From positions 70,162 to 134,161 of the forward strand of contig ARRA01000002.1 of assembly GCA_000384935.1 (NCBI GenBank): DNA of 64,000 bases, given 5' to 3'. Every line of letters starts with the position of its first letter. Position 1 is the stretch's first letter. Below the pieces are notes generated by a model, which saw nothing but the letters and a program-made list of their open reading frames with translations, did no database searches and was not told the origin of the DNA. Made by a program: the position numbers and the translations under genes. Below, one piece after another: positions 34,508 to 44,849 of this stretch. The DNA comes from a gamma proteobacterium SCGC AAA076-P13 (GTDB lineage: Bacteria > Pseudomonadota > Gammaproteobacteria > Magnimaribacterales > D2472).

Positions 34508-35320
34508 TTATATATCTAGATCTACCCATACCGGACAATGATCGGATGGCTTTTCCATACCTCTTGAGTCATAGTCGATGCCAACATCTTTTATAGAATC
34601 TTTCAGATTATTAGAAACCATAATATGATCAATTCTTAATCCTCTTTTTGGATCGTCATCAAACATTTTTGATCTATAGTCAAACCATGAATAAATTGAT
34701 GATTCGTCGGGATGTTTCACTCTCCAAGAATCTACAAAACCAATATCCTTTATGCTATTCCACATTTCTCTTTCTTGAGGTTGAAATGAGGTTTTTCCGT
34801 CTCTGAGCCATCTCTTCATATTGTCTGGGCCAATCCCTATATCAATATCTTCAGGAGCTACATTAAAATCACCCATGATTATTAGATTTTCTTTAGTTTT
34901 CTTTAGTTTTTTAATATGCAGCTCAAGATCATCATAGTATTTAATTTTTTTTGGGAATTTGGATTCATGATTAATATTTTCACCTTGAGGGAAGTATCCA
35001 TTCATAATGGTGATCTCTGACTTACCGGTTGAAAAGGTGCATTCTATAAATCTTTTTTGATCTTCTGCAGTATCTTTCTTGAAGCCTTTAATGGTTTTTA
35101 TTGGTTTTTTTTTGCTTAAAAATGCAACACCATAATGACCTTTTTGCCCCCAATATTCTGGGTGGTAACCAATTTCTTCAATAACCTCAAGTGGAAAATC
35201 CGGATCATTTACTTTGGTTTCTTGAAGACCAATTACATCCGGGTCAAGTGTATCTCTCAGATGAATGAGCTGGTGAGGGCGAGCCCTAATGCTATTAATA
35301 TTAAATGATACTATTTTCAT
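34508..35320 (-). CDS. xthA: exodeoxyribonuclease III
   Basis: MKIVSFNINSIRAR, LQETK and SDHCPVWVDL. Confidence 0.9.
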   Translation of the reverse strand: MKIVSFNINSIRARPHQLIHLRDTLDPDVIGLQETKVNDPDFPLEVIEEIGYHPEYWGQKGHYGVAFLSKKKPIKTIKGFKKDTAEDQKRFIECTFSTGKSEITIMNGYFPQGENINHESKFPKKIKYYDDLELHIKKLKKTKENLIIMGDFNVAPEDIDIGIGPDNMKRWLRDGKTSFQPQEREMWNSIKDIGFVDSWRVKHPDESSIYSWFDYRSKMFDDDPKRGLRIDHIMVSNNLKDSIKDVGIDYDSRGMEKPSDHCPVWVDLDI

Positions 35321-35324
35321 ATGC

Positions 35325-37397
35325 TTAGTTTACTTCAGTTAAGATAATTTTTTTATTTAAATCTAAGTAGTCGGTAATAATTTTTGTTGATTCAATTAAT
35401 AAAAAATCATTTTCTAAGTCAATATTATTTCTGTCTAATAATTCTTCGTCCTCAGAATCTTCCAACGCTTGGTAGGATGGATAAATTGCCAAACCCAAAG
35501 AAGATCTTCTTTTATTTTCAATCTCAAGTAACCATGATTTCCTTAAATCTTTTTCTTTGACCCGTTCATTTATATTAAGACTTAGTTCCTTTTTACCCTT
35601 GTTATTGTCATATCTTTCTCTTACCTGGCTAAGATAAATTAAATTTGGATCCCTATTTAATCTTTCTTTATGAAGCTCTCTTACAGTTTTTAACTTATTG
35701 TAATTAAGTGGAAATTTATTATGTCTATAAGGCCTAACTTTATCCCATGCTAAAGCAGTAGGGTAGGAGCTCTCTCCAACAGTTTCAATATCCCAGGTTG
35801 ATGGTAATGCTATGTCTGGGACGACACCTTTATTTTGAGTACTAGTACCATCTACTCTGTAATATTTAGATTCAGTAATTTTTATTTGCCCTTTTGATAT
35901 ATCTTCTAAACTTTGAACTGTGCCTTTTCCAAATGTTCTTTGTCCAACAATAATGCCTCTTTGATAATCTTGAATTGCTGCAGCAACAATTTCTGAGGCT
36001 GAAGCTGAATATCTATTAACGAGAACTAATAGAGGCTTATCCCAGATCTGAGTAGCCTTACTATCGCCATATGGCTGTATATATCCAGCACTATGTTTTA
36101 CTTGAACAGTAGGCCCTGAGGCAACAAAAAGACCAATAATCTTATTTGCTTCTATTAGAGCACCTCCACCATTATTTCTTAAATCTAAAATAACTGCATC
36201 AACACCATTCTCATTAAAATCTTCTAGTATTTTTTTTACATCACCACTGCTACTTTTGTAATCATTTGTTCTATTCTGATAAGCATTAAAATCAATATAA
36301 AAAGATGGCAGGTCAATAATTCCAATTTTTGATTTATTTGCTAAATCATAAATTTCTCCTTTAGCTGCTCTATCTTCTAATTTAATTTCTTCTCTTTTTA
36401 AAGTTACTATTTTTCTAACACCTTCGCTTGCCTTAGATGAAATAAATTCAATTTCAACCTCTGTATCAGACTCACCTCTTATTAAATTTACTACCTCATC
36501 TATTCTCCATCCTATAACATCAACATATTCTGATTCTTTATCTTTCTGTCTTATTCTGGTTATCTTGTCATCTGGTGAAATTTTTCCTGATTTTTCAGCA
36601 GGGCCTCCAGGTACAAGGCTTATAATTTTTGTATAGTCATCTTCAATGCCAAGCAATGCTCCAATTCCTTCAAGCTTTAAAGACATATTCATATCAAAGT
36701 CTTCTGCTGATCTTGGAGATAGGTATGAAGAATGTGGATCAAATTGATTAGCCATCACTATCATAGCTATTGAAAAAATGTCTTCCTCTTTTTGCTGATT
36801 AACTCTTTTTATTCTATTTTTATATCTTTTAATCAAGTCTTTTTTTGGATTTGATGATGAGTCATCAGACATCTTAGCTAAAAGAAACTCATTTTTAGTT
36901 TGAAGTTTCCATTGATTATCTAAGGCTTTTTGATCAATAAGCCAATCATTATCTTCGTAATATATATCTAGAAAATCATCTTTTTCAAATGAAAATGAAA
37001 AGCTATTAATTAAGTTAATTTGAAACTCAGAAAATTCAACAATTCTCTTAAAATAAAGATTGATAATTTCATAAGAAATATCAATATCAAAATTTGTCTC
37101 TTTATATAGCTCAGATCTAGCTATAAATTGCTCAACTTCATTTTTAGTAAAGTATTGTTTATTGCCATCAAGCTTATCTATAAGAGCAATAATATAATTT
37201 TTATTAAAATCTTCCCCAACAAAATCTTTTACATAATGACTTTCTTGAATTTTAGTAAAGACCTCTTGGCTAATTTTTATTTTATCGGCACTTAAATTTT
37301 GAGAAACATATTCTTTTTTAATGTGATTGCTATTTCCACATGCAACTATAAAAATACAGCAAACCAATATAGAGATATAAGAATATTTATTTTTCAC
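35325..37397 (-). CDS. prc: carboxy-terminal processing (tail-specific) protease, S41 family, lipoprotein-type leader
   Basis: Lipobox-like IVACGN, PDZ region, NRYSASASEIVAAA (Ser) and GQRTFGKGTVQ (Lys). Confidence 0.85.
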   Translation of the reverse strand: MKNKYSYISILVCCIFIVACGNSNHIKKEYVSQNLSADKIKISQEVFTKIQESHYVKDFVGEDFNKNYIIALIDKLDGNKQYFTKNEVEQFIARSELYKETNFDIDISYEIINLYFKRIVEFSEFQINLINSFSFSFEKDDFLDIYYEDNDWLIDQKALDNQWKLQTKNEFLLAKMSDDSSSNPKKDLIKRYKNRIKRVNQQKEEDIFSIAMIVMANQFDPHSSYLSPRSAEDFDMNMSLKLEGIGALLGIEDDYTKIISLVPGGPAEKSGKISPDDKITRIRQKDKESEYVDVIGWRIDEVVNLIRGESDTEVEIEFISSKASEGVRKIVTLKREEIKLEDRAAKGEIYDLANKSKIGIIDLPSFYIDFNAYQNRTNDYKSSSGDVKKILEDFNENGVDAVILDLRNNGGGALIEANKIIGLFVASGPTVQVKHSAGYIQPYGDSKATQIWDKPLLVLVNRYSASASEIVAAAIQDYQRGIIVGQRTFGKGTVQSLEDISKGQIKITESKYYRVDGTSTQNKGVVPDIALPSTWDIETVGESSYPTALAWDKVRPYRHNKFPLNYNKLKTVRELHKERLNRDPNLIYLSQVRERYDNNKGKKELSLNINERVKEKDLRKSWLLEIENKRRSSLGLAIYPSYQALEDSEDEELLDRNNIDLENDFLLIESTKIITDYLDLNKKIILTEVN

Positions 37398-37405
37398 AGA
37401 TAATT

Positions 37406-38494
37406 TTAAAAATTTTGTATATTTGCCGCTTCTTCTCTTACGAGCTCAGGCGCTCCAAGGATATGCCTGTTAACTCCGATTCTTTTGAACCAATAGTGTA
37501 ACCCCATTAGGTCTGTAAATCCCATTCCACCATGAACTTCTGTGGCTTTTTTAGCTATCATTTTTGATATTTCTGAAACATGAGACTTTGCATGGCAAGC
37601 CATTAACCTGGCCTCATCCGGAGAATTGTTAAAACAATAAGCGGCATGCCAGACCAATGCATAGCAGGGCTCTAAATCAGAAGCCATTTCGGCGCACATA
37701 TGCTTCACTGCTTGAAAAGACCCAATAACTCGACCAAATTGTTTACGTTCTTTTGAATACGCAACTGCTTTATCAATGAGCCTTTGTGAAGCTCCAATGC
37801 TATCAGCTGCAAGAATTATTCGACCGCCATCAACTGCTTTATTAATAGCATCTTTGCTAGACATGGTTTGCTCAAGCACATCTATATCCACATTATTTAA
37901 TGTAACCTCCGAATAACTTCTAGTCTTATCAACGGCAGTTAGTTCAACTATTTCGACTCCTGAAGAGTTTGTAGATACCAAACCAACGACTCCATTTGCA
38001 TCTGAAAGCATTAAATGTGAAGCCTCCTTAGCATCTAAAACAAATAGAGATCTTCCTGAGATTTTATTATTATTTATTTCAATCGTGGAGTTATCTCGAG
38101 CGCCAATATATTGTGAAAAACCAACTCCAATTCTTATAGAGTTGTTAGACATCTGAGTTAGATATTTTTCCTTTTGCCTCTGACTTCCTCCAAAAATAAT
38201 TGCTAAGGGTGCCATTACATAAGATCCAGTAAATGCTATTGGTGCTACTCCACCACCCAAGCTCTGACTTACAGCAGTTGCAAAAAGTAAATCCAATCCA
38301 AGCCCGCCAAACTCTTCAGGTATAAGGAGTGCACCTAACCCTAAATTAACTAGGCCGCTATGGATTTCCCCCTGAAGCTTCAAGGAGTCTCCCTCGGTGA
38401 TAGACCTAATAATATCAAGGCTAGCCTGATCTTCTAGAAATTTTGAAACATTTCCTTGAAAAAATATTTGATCTTCTGATAATCCAAAATACAT
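37406..38494 (-). CDS. acyl-CoA dehydrogenase family protein (small partner of tandem pair 1)
   Basis: ACAD fold (RKQFGRVIGSFQAVKH, EVHGGMGFT). No YEG-type catalytic Glu motif at the C-terminus (ILGAPE). Confidence 0.75.
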   Translation of the reverse strand: MYFGLSEDQIFFQGNVSKFLEDQASLDIIRSITEGDSLKLQGEIHSGLVNLGLGALLIPEEFGGLGLDLLFATAVSQSLGGGVAPIAFTGSYVMAPLAIIFGGSQRQKEKYLTQMSNNSIRIGVGFSQYIGARDNSTIEINNNKISGRSLFVLDAKEASHLMLSDANGVVGLVSTNSSGVEIVELTAVDKTRSYSEVTLNNVDIDVLEQTMSSKDAINKAVDGGRIILAADSIGASQRLIDKAVAYSKERKQFGRVIGSFQAVKHMCAEMASDLEPCYALVWHAAYCFNNSPDEARLMACHAKSHVSEISKMIAKKATEVHGGMGFTDLMGLHYWFKRIGVNRHILGAPELVREEAANIQNF

Positions 38495-38495
38495 T

Positions 38496-39719
38496 TTAAA
38501 CTCCCTGAGCCTTAGGCTCTCTTGGCATTCCTAGACCTCTCTCAGAAATAATATTTTTTTGAATCTGACTAGTACCACCACCTATTATCAAGCCTAAATA
38601 GTACATATATAGAAATTGCCATGAACCACTATCTCTTAAATGAGGGCTATCTTCGTATAATGTTCCAACCTCTCCCATAATATCTACAGCAAAACCTTCC
38701 AGTTCATGCCTAAGTTCTGTACCAACAAGTTTCTGAATCATTCCAGCTATTTTTGTATCCTGGCCTTGATTTAGTTTTGATGAAAGAACTCTTAAGGAAT
38801 TGGATTGAAATGCCATAACCTTTGCTTGAATGGATATAAGCTTATCTCTATAGACAGGCATATCAATCAATCGCGTTCCATCTAGTCGCTCCTCTTTCAT
38901 TCTATCGATTAAAAAATTTACTCTATTAACAGTAGCGTTAGGATCTGTTAATGAGCCTCTTTCATGACCAAGGGTTGCGTTAGCTACAGCCCATCCTTCT
39001 CCTCTTTTACCTATTATATTTTCCTTTGGGATAGTCACATCTGTAAAAAATACTTCGTTAAATCCTGCTTTTAGAGTCATGTCTACAAGTGGCCTTATTT
39101 CCAATCCAGGAGTATCCATTGGCACTAATAGATAACTTATTCCAGCATGTTTTTGTGCATCAGGCTCAGTTCTTACAAGACAAAACATCATTTGTGAATA
39201 CTGAGCAGTACTGGTCCAAATTTTTTGACCATTAATTACCCAGCTATCGTTAATAAGCTCACCTTTTGTTTGCAAACTAGCTAAATCACTTCCAGCACTC
39301 GGTTCTGAGTACCCCTGGCACCAAATCATTTCTCCATGAAGAGTTGGTTTAATATATCGTTTTTTTTGTTCTTCAGTTCCAAGCTCTAAAAGGGTTGGGA
39401 CCAACATATCTATACCTTGACCACCCATTGCAGCTGGTATATTTGCATTTGAGAATTCTGAAGCAATTATTCTGTTCTTAATTATATCGCTGTCACCTCC
39501 AAAGCCCCCATACTCTTTAGGTACAGAGCGTGCAAAATAACCTTTTTCAATTAGTGTAGACTGCCATTCGGACCTAGATATAGTGACGCCAGTGGCTTTA
39601 AAAGCCTGTGTCATTGGTATTTTTGCAGAATCTTTAAAATTAACTCCTTTCCATTCCTTGCAAAATTTTCTAACTTCTTTACGAAAATCTTCGTATTCAG
39701 CTCCGTAGTTCAAATCCAT
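38496..39719 (-). CDS. acyl-CoA dehydrogenase (large partner of tandem pair 1)
   Basis: WCQGYSEPSAGSDLASL. C-terminal IIGGGTSQIQKNIISERGLGMP has Gly at the MCAD-type catalytic Glu position. Confidence 0.85.
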   Translation of the reverse strand: MDLNYGAEYEDFRKEVRKFCKEWKGVNFKDSAKIPMTQAFKATGVTISRSEWQSTLIEKGYFARSVPKEYGGFGGDSDIIKNRIIASEFSNANIPAAMGGQGIDMLVPTLLELGTEEQKKRYIKPTLHGEMIWCQGYSEPSAGSDLASLQTKGELINDSWVINGQKIWTSTAQYSQMMFCLVRTEPDAQKHAGISYLLVPMDTPGLEIRPLVDMTLKAGFNEVFFTDVTIPKENIIGKRGEGWAVANATLGHERGSLTDPNATVNRVNFLIDRMKEERLDGTRLIDMPVYRDKLISIQAKVMAFQSNSLRVLSSKLNQGQDTKIAGMIQKLVGTELRHELEGFAVDIMGEVGTLYEDSPHLRDSGSWQFLYMYYLGLIIGGGTSQIQKNIISERGLGMPREPKAQGV

Positions 39720-39741
39720 ATAATGTCTCTCTAATAAAAAG

Positions 39742-40533
39742 TTAATCCCATTTAGGGTCTCTTTTTTCTAAAAATGCGGCGATACCTTCTTTAGCATCAT
39801 CACCTTTAAAGCATTCTGCAATTTGCTCTTGAAGAAATGGCATTGCTTCATCAAAATCCATCCCATCTTGTTTTTCATATGCTTCTAATCCTAACTGCAT
39901 TGTTCCAGGAGCAAGGCTAGCTAATTCTTTAGCTAAACCATCAACTGTGATGTCCAGCTCGCTTGAAGGCACTGAGTAATTTATCAAACCCCATTGCTCT
40001 GCTTTTTCTGAATTTATAAAGCCACCACGCATAATAAAATCTAATCCTGCTCTTTTTGGCATCACTCTAAATAGCCCAGCCATCACCATAAAAGGCCATA
40101 GCCCGCGTTTGATTTCTGGTGCTGAAAACTTAGCTTCCTTATTCGCAATAGCATGTGTAGCATTAGTTACCATCAATAAAGCGCCCGCCAAAACTGAACC
40201 TTGAATTTTACATATCACTGGTTTGTAGAGATGCCTTATAGCTATACTAATATCTTCTGCTCCATCCAATTTTGGAACATTTGAATCTGATTCTGTTCGA
40301 TTTAAATCAGCTCCTGCACAAAAAATATCACCCTCAGCGGCTATAACCACAACACGAATTTCTCTTTCTTGCTTTGCATATGCTAAGGCATAGTTAATCT
40401 CATTCACCATAACATTATTAAGCGCATTCTTCTTTTCTGGACGATTTAAAGTAATAGTTAAAATATTATTTGAGACATTAATCTTTGTCGCTTTAAAGAT
40501 TAGCCCATTAAGGGATAGTTTTTTATTAATCAT
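39742..40533 (-). CDS. enoyl-CoA hydratase/isomerase family (AtuE/LiuC-like position)
   Basis: FCAGADLN and EGIAAFLEKRDPKW. Confidence 0.85.
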   Translation of the reverse strand: MINKKLSLNGLIFKATKINVSNNILTITLNRPEKKNALNNVMVNEINYALAYAKQEREIRVVVIAAEGDIFCAGADLNRTESDSNVPKLDGAEDISIAIRHLYKPVICKIQGSVLAGALLMVTNATHAIANKEAKFSAPEIKRGLWPFMVMAGLFRVMPKRAGLDFIMRGGFINSEKAEQWGLINYSVPSSELDITVDGLAKELASLAPGTMQLGLEAYEKQDGMDFDEAMPFLQEQIAECFKGDDAKEGIAAFLEKRDPKWD

Positions 40534-42308
40534 ATAATTTTCTCTTTTAGAATTTCATCAGGGACATCAACAAGCTTAGATCCAAGATACTCTCCAAGGG
40601 ATTTAGCTTGACCATCCTTTCTATTATTAGATGAAATACCATCTTGTAAAATATCATGAATATAGAAATTGAGAGATTTAATATTTGGAAGTTCATATCT
40701 ATCAATTTCATATTTTTCTAAGTCTGGCAGCAACTCTTTTAATTTTTTTACAGTTAAGAATTTATACAAGAAAGAATAAGCCATATTACTTTTTGCCCAG
40801 ACTCCTAAATTGGCACATCCCCCTTTGTCGCCGGACCTTGTTCCATATATTTCACCAAAATAAACCGTTTTTCTTGGTCCTTCTGGAGCTTCTGGAATAT
40901 CTATTGGTTCTTTTTGATAGTATTTGTCCTCAAGACCTAATTGGCTTGTTGGAAGGATTTCTATTTTTCTACCATCTACATAAACTTTTTCTTTTATATG
41001 TATGCTATCTATTAGGGCAGGCCAATAAACTATAACAGGGCCGCTTGGCTTCACTCCGCCTTGAGCAAAAAAACCAGGGAAGCTTGCGAGTGAGAGTTCA
41101 ACTACTTTAGCGCTAAACATTCTTCCAACAAGGTTTGGATCCATTGATTTAACTGAAAGAGACAAAGATGCCATTGCCTCTTCATTTGAATTAGGGTTAT
41201 TTTTTTGAGTTTGATGGAGATCAACTGAAACCTCGTCAAACTGATCAACTCCTCCCAAGGATTTAAATAATGTATCAGTAAATGACTTAGCCTTTTCCTC
41301 AATATCTAGACCAGTTAAGATAATTTCCATACCATTTCTAAAACCCCCAGCAAGATTAATACATGCTTTGTGGCTAGAAGGGGGGGAGCTTCCCCTACAA
41401 CCTGACACATAGACCCTATCCTTAGAGACTTTTTCAATTTTTAGAGTATCAAAATGACCTACGACATCAGGATTTATATATGCCGGTGAGCTAATTTCAT
41501 ATAATAATTGAGCTGTAACAGTGCCAACTGAAACTAAGCCACCTGTTCCTGGATGTTTTGTGATTGTAAAGGATCCATTTTCTTCAATTTCAGCAATCGG
41601 ATAACCCACGTTATCAAAACTAGGCACTTCTTTAAAAAAAGAGTAATTGCCTCCAGTGGCCTGACAGCCACATTCAATAATATGACCTGCCGCAAGAGCG
41701 CCAGCTAAAGCATCATAATTATCCCTATCCCAATTAAATTTCCAAGCAGCAGGACCTATAACCACAGCAGCATCGGTAACCCTAGGACAAACAACAATAT
41801 CAGCACCATTGTCTAAAGCTTCTTTAATACCCCAAGCTCCAAGATATGCATTTGCAGTTAAGGTTGTATAGCCTGAATCATTTAGTTTTTTGTTCTTATC
41901 TATGTTGATAAATTCTTCACCAGATGTATTTAATTCTTCCATTCTTGGCATTAAGTCATCACCATCTATATAAGCAACTCTCATATCAATAGATAACTCT
42001 TCTAATATCTTTTCAATTTCATCGGCCATCGAGCTAGGATTAAGCCCACCTGCATTAGTAACAATCTTAATGTTTTTTTCTTTACAGCCTTTTGCAATTT
42101 CTTTAACTTGTTTTAAAAATGTACCGACATAACCTTTATCTTCACCTCTTTGAAGTTTTTGATTGTATAAAATGGTCATTGTGAGCTCTGCAAGATAGTC
42201 CCCAGTCAAAACATCTATAGGACCTCCATCAATCATATCTTTAGCAGCAGATAACTTATCTCCATAGTAGCCGCTACAATTTGCAATTTTAATTACCTGT
42301 GAACTCAA
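40530..42308 (-). CDS. atuA: AtuA-like protein (DUF1446, acyclic terpene utilisation family)
   Basis: 592 aa, N-terminal IANCSGYYGDKLSAAKDMIDGGPIDVLTGDYLAE typical of DUF1446. Function unknown. Confidence 0.7.
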   Translation of the reverse strand: MSSQVIKIANCSGYYGDKLSAAKDMIDGGPIDVLTGDYLAELTMTILYNQKLQRGEDKGYVGTFLKQVKEIAKGCKEKNIKIVTNAGGLNPSSMADEIEKILEELSIDMRVAYIDGDDLMPRMEELNTSGEEFINIDKNKKLNDSGYTTLTANAYLGAWGIKEALDNGADIVVCPRVTDAAVVIGPAAWKFNWDRDNYDALAGALAAGHIIECGCQATGGNYSFFKEVPSFDNVGYPIAEIEENGSFTITKHPGTGGLVSVGTVTAQLLYEISSPAYINPDVVGHFDTLKIEKVSKDRVYVSGCRGSSPPSSHKACINLAGGFRNGMEIILTGLDIEEKAKSFTDTLFKSLGGVDQFDEVSVDLHQTQKNNPNSNEEAMASLSLSVKSMDPNLVGRMFSAKVVELSLASFPGFFAQGGVKPSGPVIVYWPALIDSIHIKEKVYVDGRKIEILPTSQLGLEDKYYQKEPIDIPEAPEGPRKTVYFGEIYGTRSGDKGGCANLGVWAKSNMAYSFLYKFLTVKKLKELLPDLEKYEIDRYELPNIKSLNFYIHDILQDGISSNNRKDGQAKSLGEYLGSKLVDVPDEILKEKII

Positions 42309-42309
42309 T

Positions 42310-42921
42310 TTAACCCTCCAGTCTTATCCCATCTAAAATAACTCTCGTTATTGAATTAGCTGATTTTTCAGGTGAAACATCTATTGATATTCTATTTTTT
42401 TCTTTAGAAAACTCTCTACCAATTCCACCCAATAAAATTGCAAAAGCCCTAGTATCTATCTTTCTTATTTCCCTTGCTTTCAAAGCTTCATTTAATAGTT
42501 TTTCTATATAGCTTGTAATAAAATCTTCATGATAATCTACCATATCAGATGATCCATTCACATTACTTAGACCTCTTGTAAATTTATCAAATTTTGGTCC
42601 TACTGCTTGATTAACTGCACTTAAATACTTTTGTAATTTCTTAAAAGGAGATTGGATACTAGCAATTTCATCTAACGCATCTTTTCCAAGTTTTCTTAAA
42701 ATATTATCAACAGTCATTGTTATTAATGCATCTTTACTTGGGGCAATTTCATATAAAGTTCTTAAAGAAATTTTTAATTTTGAAGCTAACTCAGACATAG
42801 TTAGATCTGGTATACCCTTTTCAAGCATCTGCTCAAGCAAATTTATTATTTCATGATGCCTGCTGGTAAGAGCTTTTAAAGAACTCTTTTCTATATTTTT
42901 TACTTGATCTGAGTAATGCAT
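42310..42921 (-). CDS. TetR-family transcriptional regulator embedded in the operon
   Basis: HTH MSELASKLKISLRTLYEI. 1-nt overlap upstream and 1-nt gap downstream. Confidence 0.8.
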   Translation of the reverse strand: MHYSDQVKNIEKSSLKALTSRHHEIINLLEQMLEKGIPDLTMSELASKLKISLRTLYEIAPSKDALITMTVDNILRKLGKDALDEIASIQSPFKKLQKYLSAVNQAVGPKFDKFTRGLSNVNGSSDMVDYHEDFITSYIEKLLNEALKAREIRKIDTRAFAILLGGIGREFSKEKNRISIDVSPEKSANSITRVILDGIRLEG

Positions 42922-44849
42922 TATTTTGGATCAACCACCATAAGAAGAGCTCCATTTTCCACTTGATCATTCGTTGATACCAATAAATCAGAGACTATTC
43001 CATTTTCAGAGGCTTTTATAGAGTGTTCCATCTTCATAGCCTCAAGAATTATTAAGGTATCTCCTGATTTAACTTTGCTGCCTTTCTTTACTTTAAGATC
43101 AATAACTTTTCCAGGCATAGGCGCAACAAGACCTCCTGCTTGTATTTCAACTCCAGGCATTACAAATCTTGGCATGACTCTTACCATGACATCACCATAT
43201 GGCATATGAACAAGCACTTGATCCTCTGACATTGTTATTCTAGAAAAATGTCTTTTGCCATCGAATTCGACATCTAACCCAAATTCATTCTGGTCATGAA
43301 TTTTCGCAACCTTATTTGAACTAAAAACAAAGCCCTGTTTCTTGACGAAGGAATATTCAACTTTATGAGTTTCATTATTAAGCATAAGGGTTATATTTTG
43401 CTTAGGTAGTCTTCCGTTAGTCCAGCCACTCGGCATAAAATTCAAGATACTTGAATTTTCTTTATTGGTTTTTTGAACCCATAATGCTGCCAATGATATT
43501 ACATGTTCAATTTCATTTGATGATAGGTCTAAAGTTCTTGGAAGATTTACCCGATCAATAAAATCAGTGGTGGTATCACCACTCAAGTATTCATCTGATC
43601 GCAGACAAGCAATTAAGAAATCTCTATTTGTTTTAACTCCGCCAATATGAGCTGACTCAAGAGCTCTAGCAAGCCTCCCGGCAGCGTCTGTTCGAGTTGG
43701 TGCATATGAAATAACCTTAGCAAGCATTGGATCAAAATCTGTCCCAACAACTGAACCACTAGCTACCCCTGAATCCCATCTTGCATCTGCATCATAACCA
43801 TCTTCGAAAGCTATGAGAGTACCTATTTCTGGAAGAAAATTATTACTTGGATCTTCTGCATATAGTCTTGCTTCTATGGCATAGCCACTAAATTCAATAT
43901 CATCCTGTTCATAACCTAGGTACTCACCTCTAGCTATTCGCAATTGTTCACATACCAAATCTATTCCAGTAACTTCTTCGGTTACTGGATGTTCAACTTG
44001 CAGTCTTGTATTAACTTCCAAAAACCAAAACTCTTCTGTTTTATCATCAAATAGAAACTCTACAGTTCCAGCAGATTGATATTTAATCTTTTTAGCAAGC
44101 TTTACAGCAGCATCTCCCATAGCAGCTCTTACTTGATGATTTATTCTTGGAGATGGCGATTCTTCTATAATTTTTTGATGTCTTCTTTGTATAGAGCATT
44201 CTCTCTCACCAAGATGAACAACATTACCATGAACATCTCCTAAAATTTGAATTTCAATATGTCTAGATTTTTCAACATATCTTTCTATAAAAACCCTTTC
44301 ATCACCAAAGCCCGATTTAGCTTCCCTTTGCGCACTTGCAATTGATTCTTTGAGATCTTTTTTATCAACTACAATTCTCATTCCTTTTCCACCACCACCA
44401 GCGGCTGCTTTAATAAGAAGAGGGTAGCCAACATTTTTTGCTTCTTTTGGATCTGAAGTCATTGGCAGGGTAGGAACTTCAGCTTTAATAGCTAATTCTT
44501 TTGCTTTTAATTTATCTCCCATAACAGAGATCACATGGGGTGAAGGACCAACCCAAATTAAACCCTCTTTAATAACTTTTCTAGCAAATGTAGCATTTTC
44601 AGATAAAAAGCCATATCCAGGATGAATGGCTTGAGCTCCGGATTTCTTTGCAGCCTCTATTACCAAACCCACATCTAAATATCCTCCATCTGGTAGACGA
44701 ATAGACTCATCAGCCTCCTTTACAAAAGGGGCATCCATATCCGCATCAACATATACCGCAATGCATCTTATTCCCATTTCATGAGCACTTCTTATAATCC
44801 TGCATGCAATTTCGCCTCGATTGGCAATTAATAATGAATTAAAACTCAT
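42921..44849 (-). CDS. biotin-dependent acyl-CoA carboxylase alpha subunit (BC+BCCP; MccA/AtuF-like)
   Basis: Biotin carboxylase ATP-grasp N-terminus (LLIANRGEIACRIIRS) and EAMKMEH biotinylation motif. Confidence 0.9.
   Translation of the reverse strand: MSFNSLLIANRGEIACRIIRSAHEMGIRCIAVYVDADMDAPFVKEADESIRLPDGGYLDVGLVIEAAKKSGAQAIHPGYGFLSENATFARKVIKEGLIWVGPSPHVISVMGDKLKAKELAIKAEVPTLPMTSDPKEAKNVGYPLLIKAAAGGGGKGMRIVVDKKDLKESIASAQREAKSGFGDERVFIERYVEKSRHIEIQILGDVHGNVVHLGERECSIQRRHQKIIEESPSPRINHQVRAAMGDAAVKLAKKIKYQSAGTVEFLFDDKTEEFWFLEVNTRLQVEHPVTEEVTGIDLVCEQLRIARGEYLGYEQDDIEFSGYAIEARLYAEDPSNNFLPEIGTLIAFEDGYDADARWDSGVASGSVVGTDFDPMLAKVISYAPTRTDAAGRLARALESAHIGGVKTNRDFLIACLRSDEYLSGDTTTDFIDRVNLPRTLDLSSNEIEHVISLAALWVQKTNKENSSILNFMPSGWTNGRLPKQNITLMLNNETHKVEYSFVKKQGFVFSSNKVAKIHDQNEFGLDVEFDGKRHFSRITMSEDQVLVHMPYGDVMVRVMPRFVMPGVEIQAGGLVAPMPGKVIDLKVKKGSKVKSGDTLIILEAMKMEHSIKASENGIVSDLLVSTNDQVENGALLMVVDPK

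Noticed and set aside
34891-34910. Perfect tandem duplication CTTTAGTTTT x2 inside xthA
   Set aside because: It encodes an in-frame KKLKKTKE stretch in an intact gene. Only two copies, so probably a trivial slippage product and not a phase-variation tract.
40685-41035. Nested or antisense ORFs inside larger genes (this one, plus 284-466, 1481-1690, 2820-3008, 3553-3951, 4658-4991, 6606-6800, 11284-11520, 15037-15384, 19697-20503, 21082-21342, 24183-24443, 24712-24993, 25727-26053, 28369-28551, 30659-31181, 33137-33376, 41102-41302, 48773-49157, 49929-50135, 50866-51084, 52061-52631, 53072-53443, 55171-55380, 56053-56320, 61961-62203, 63778-63966)
   Set aside because: Each lies wholly within or antisense to a longer ORF with clear family motifs. 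Their translations are low-complexity or codon-shadow sequences.
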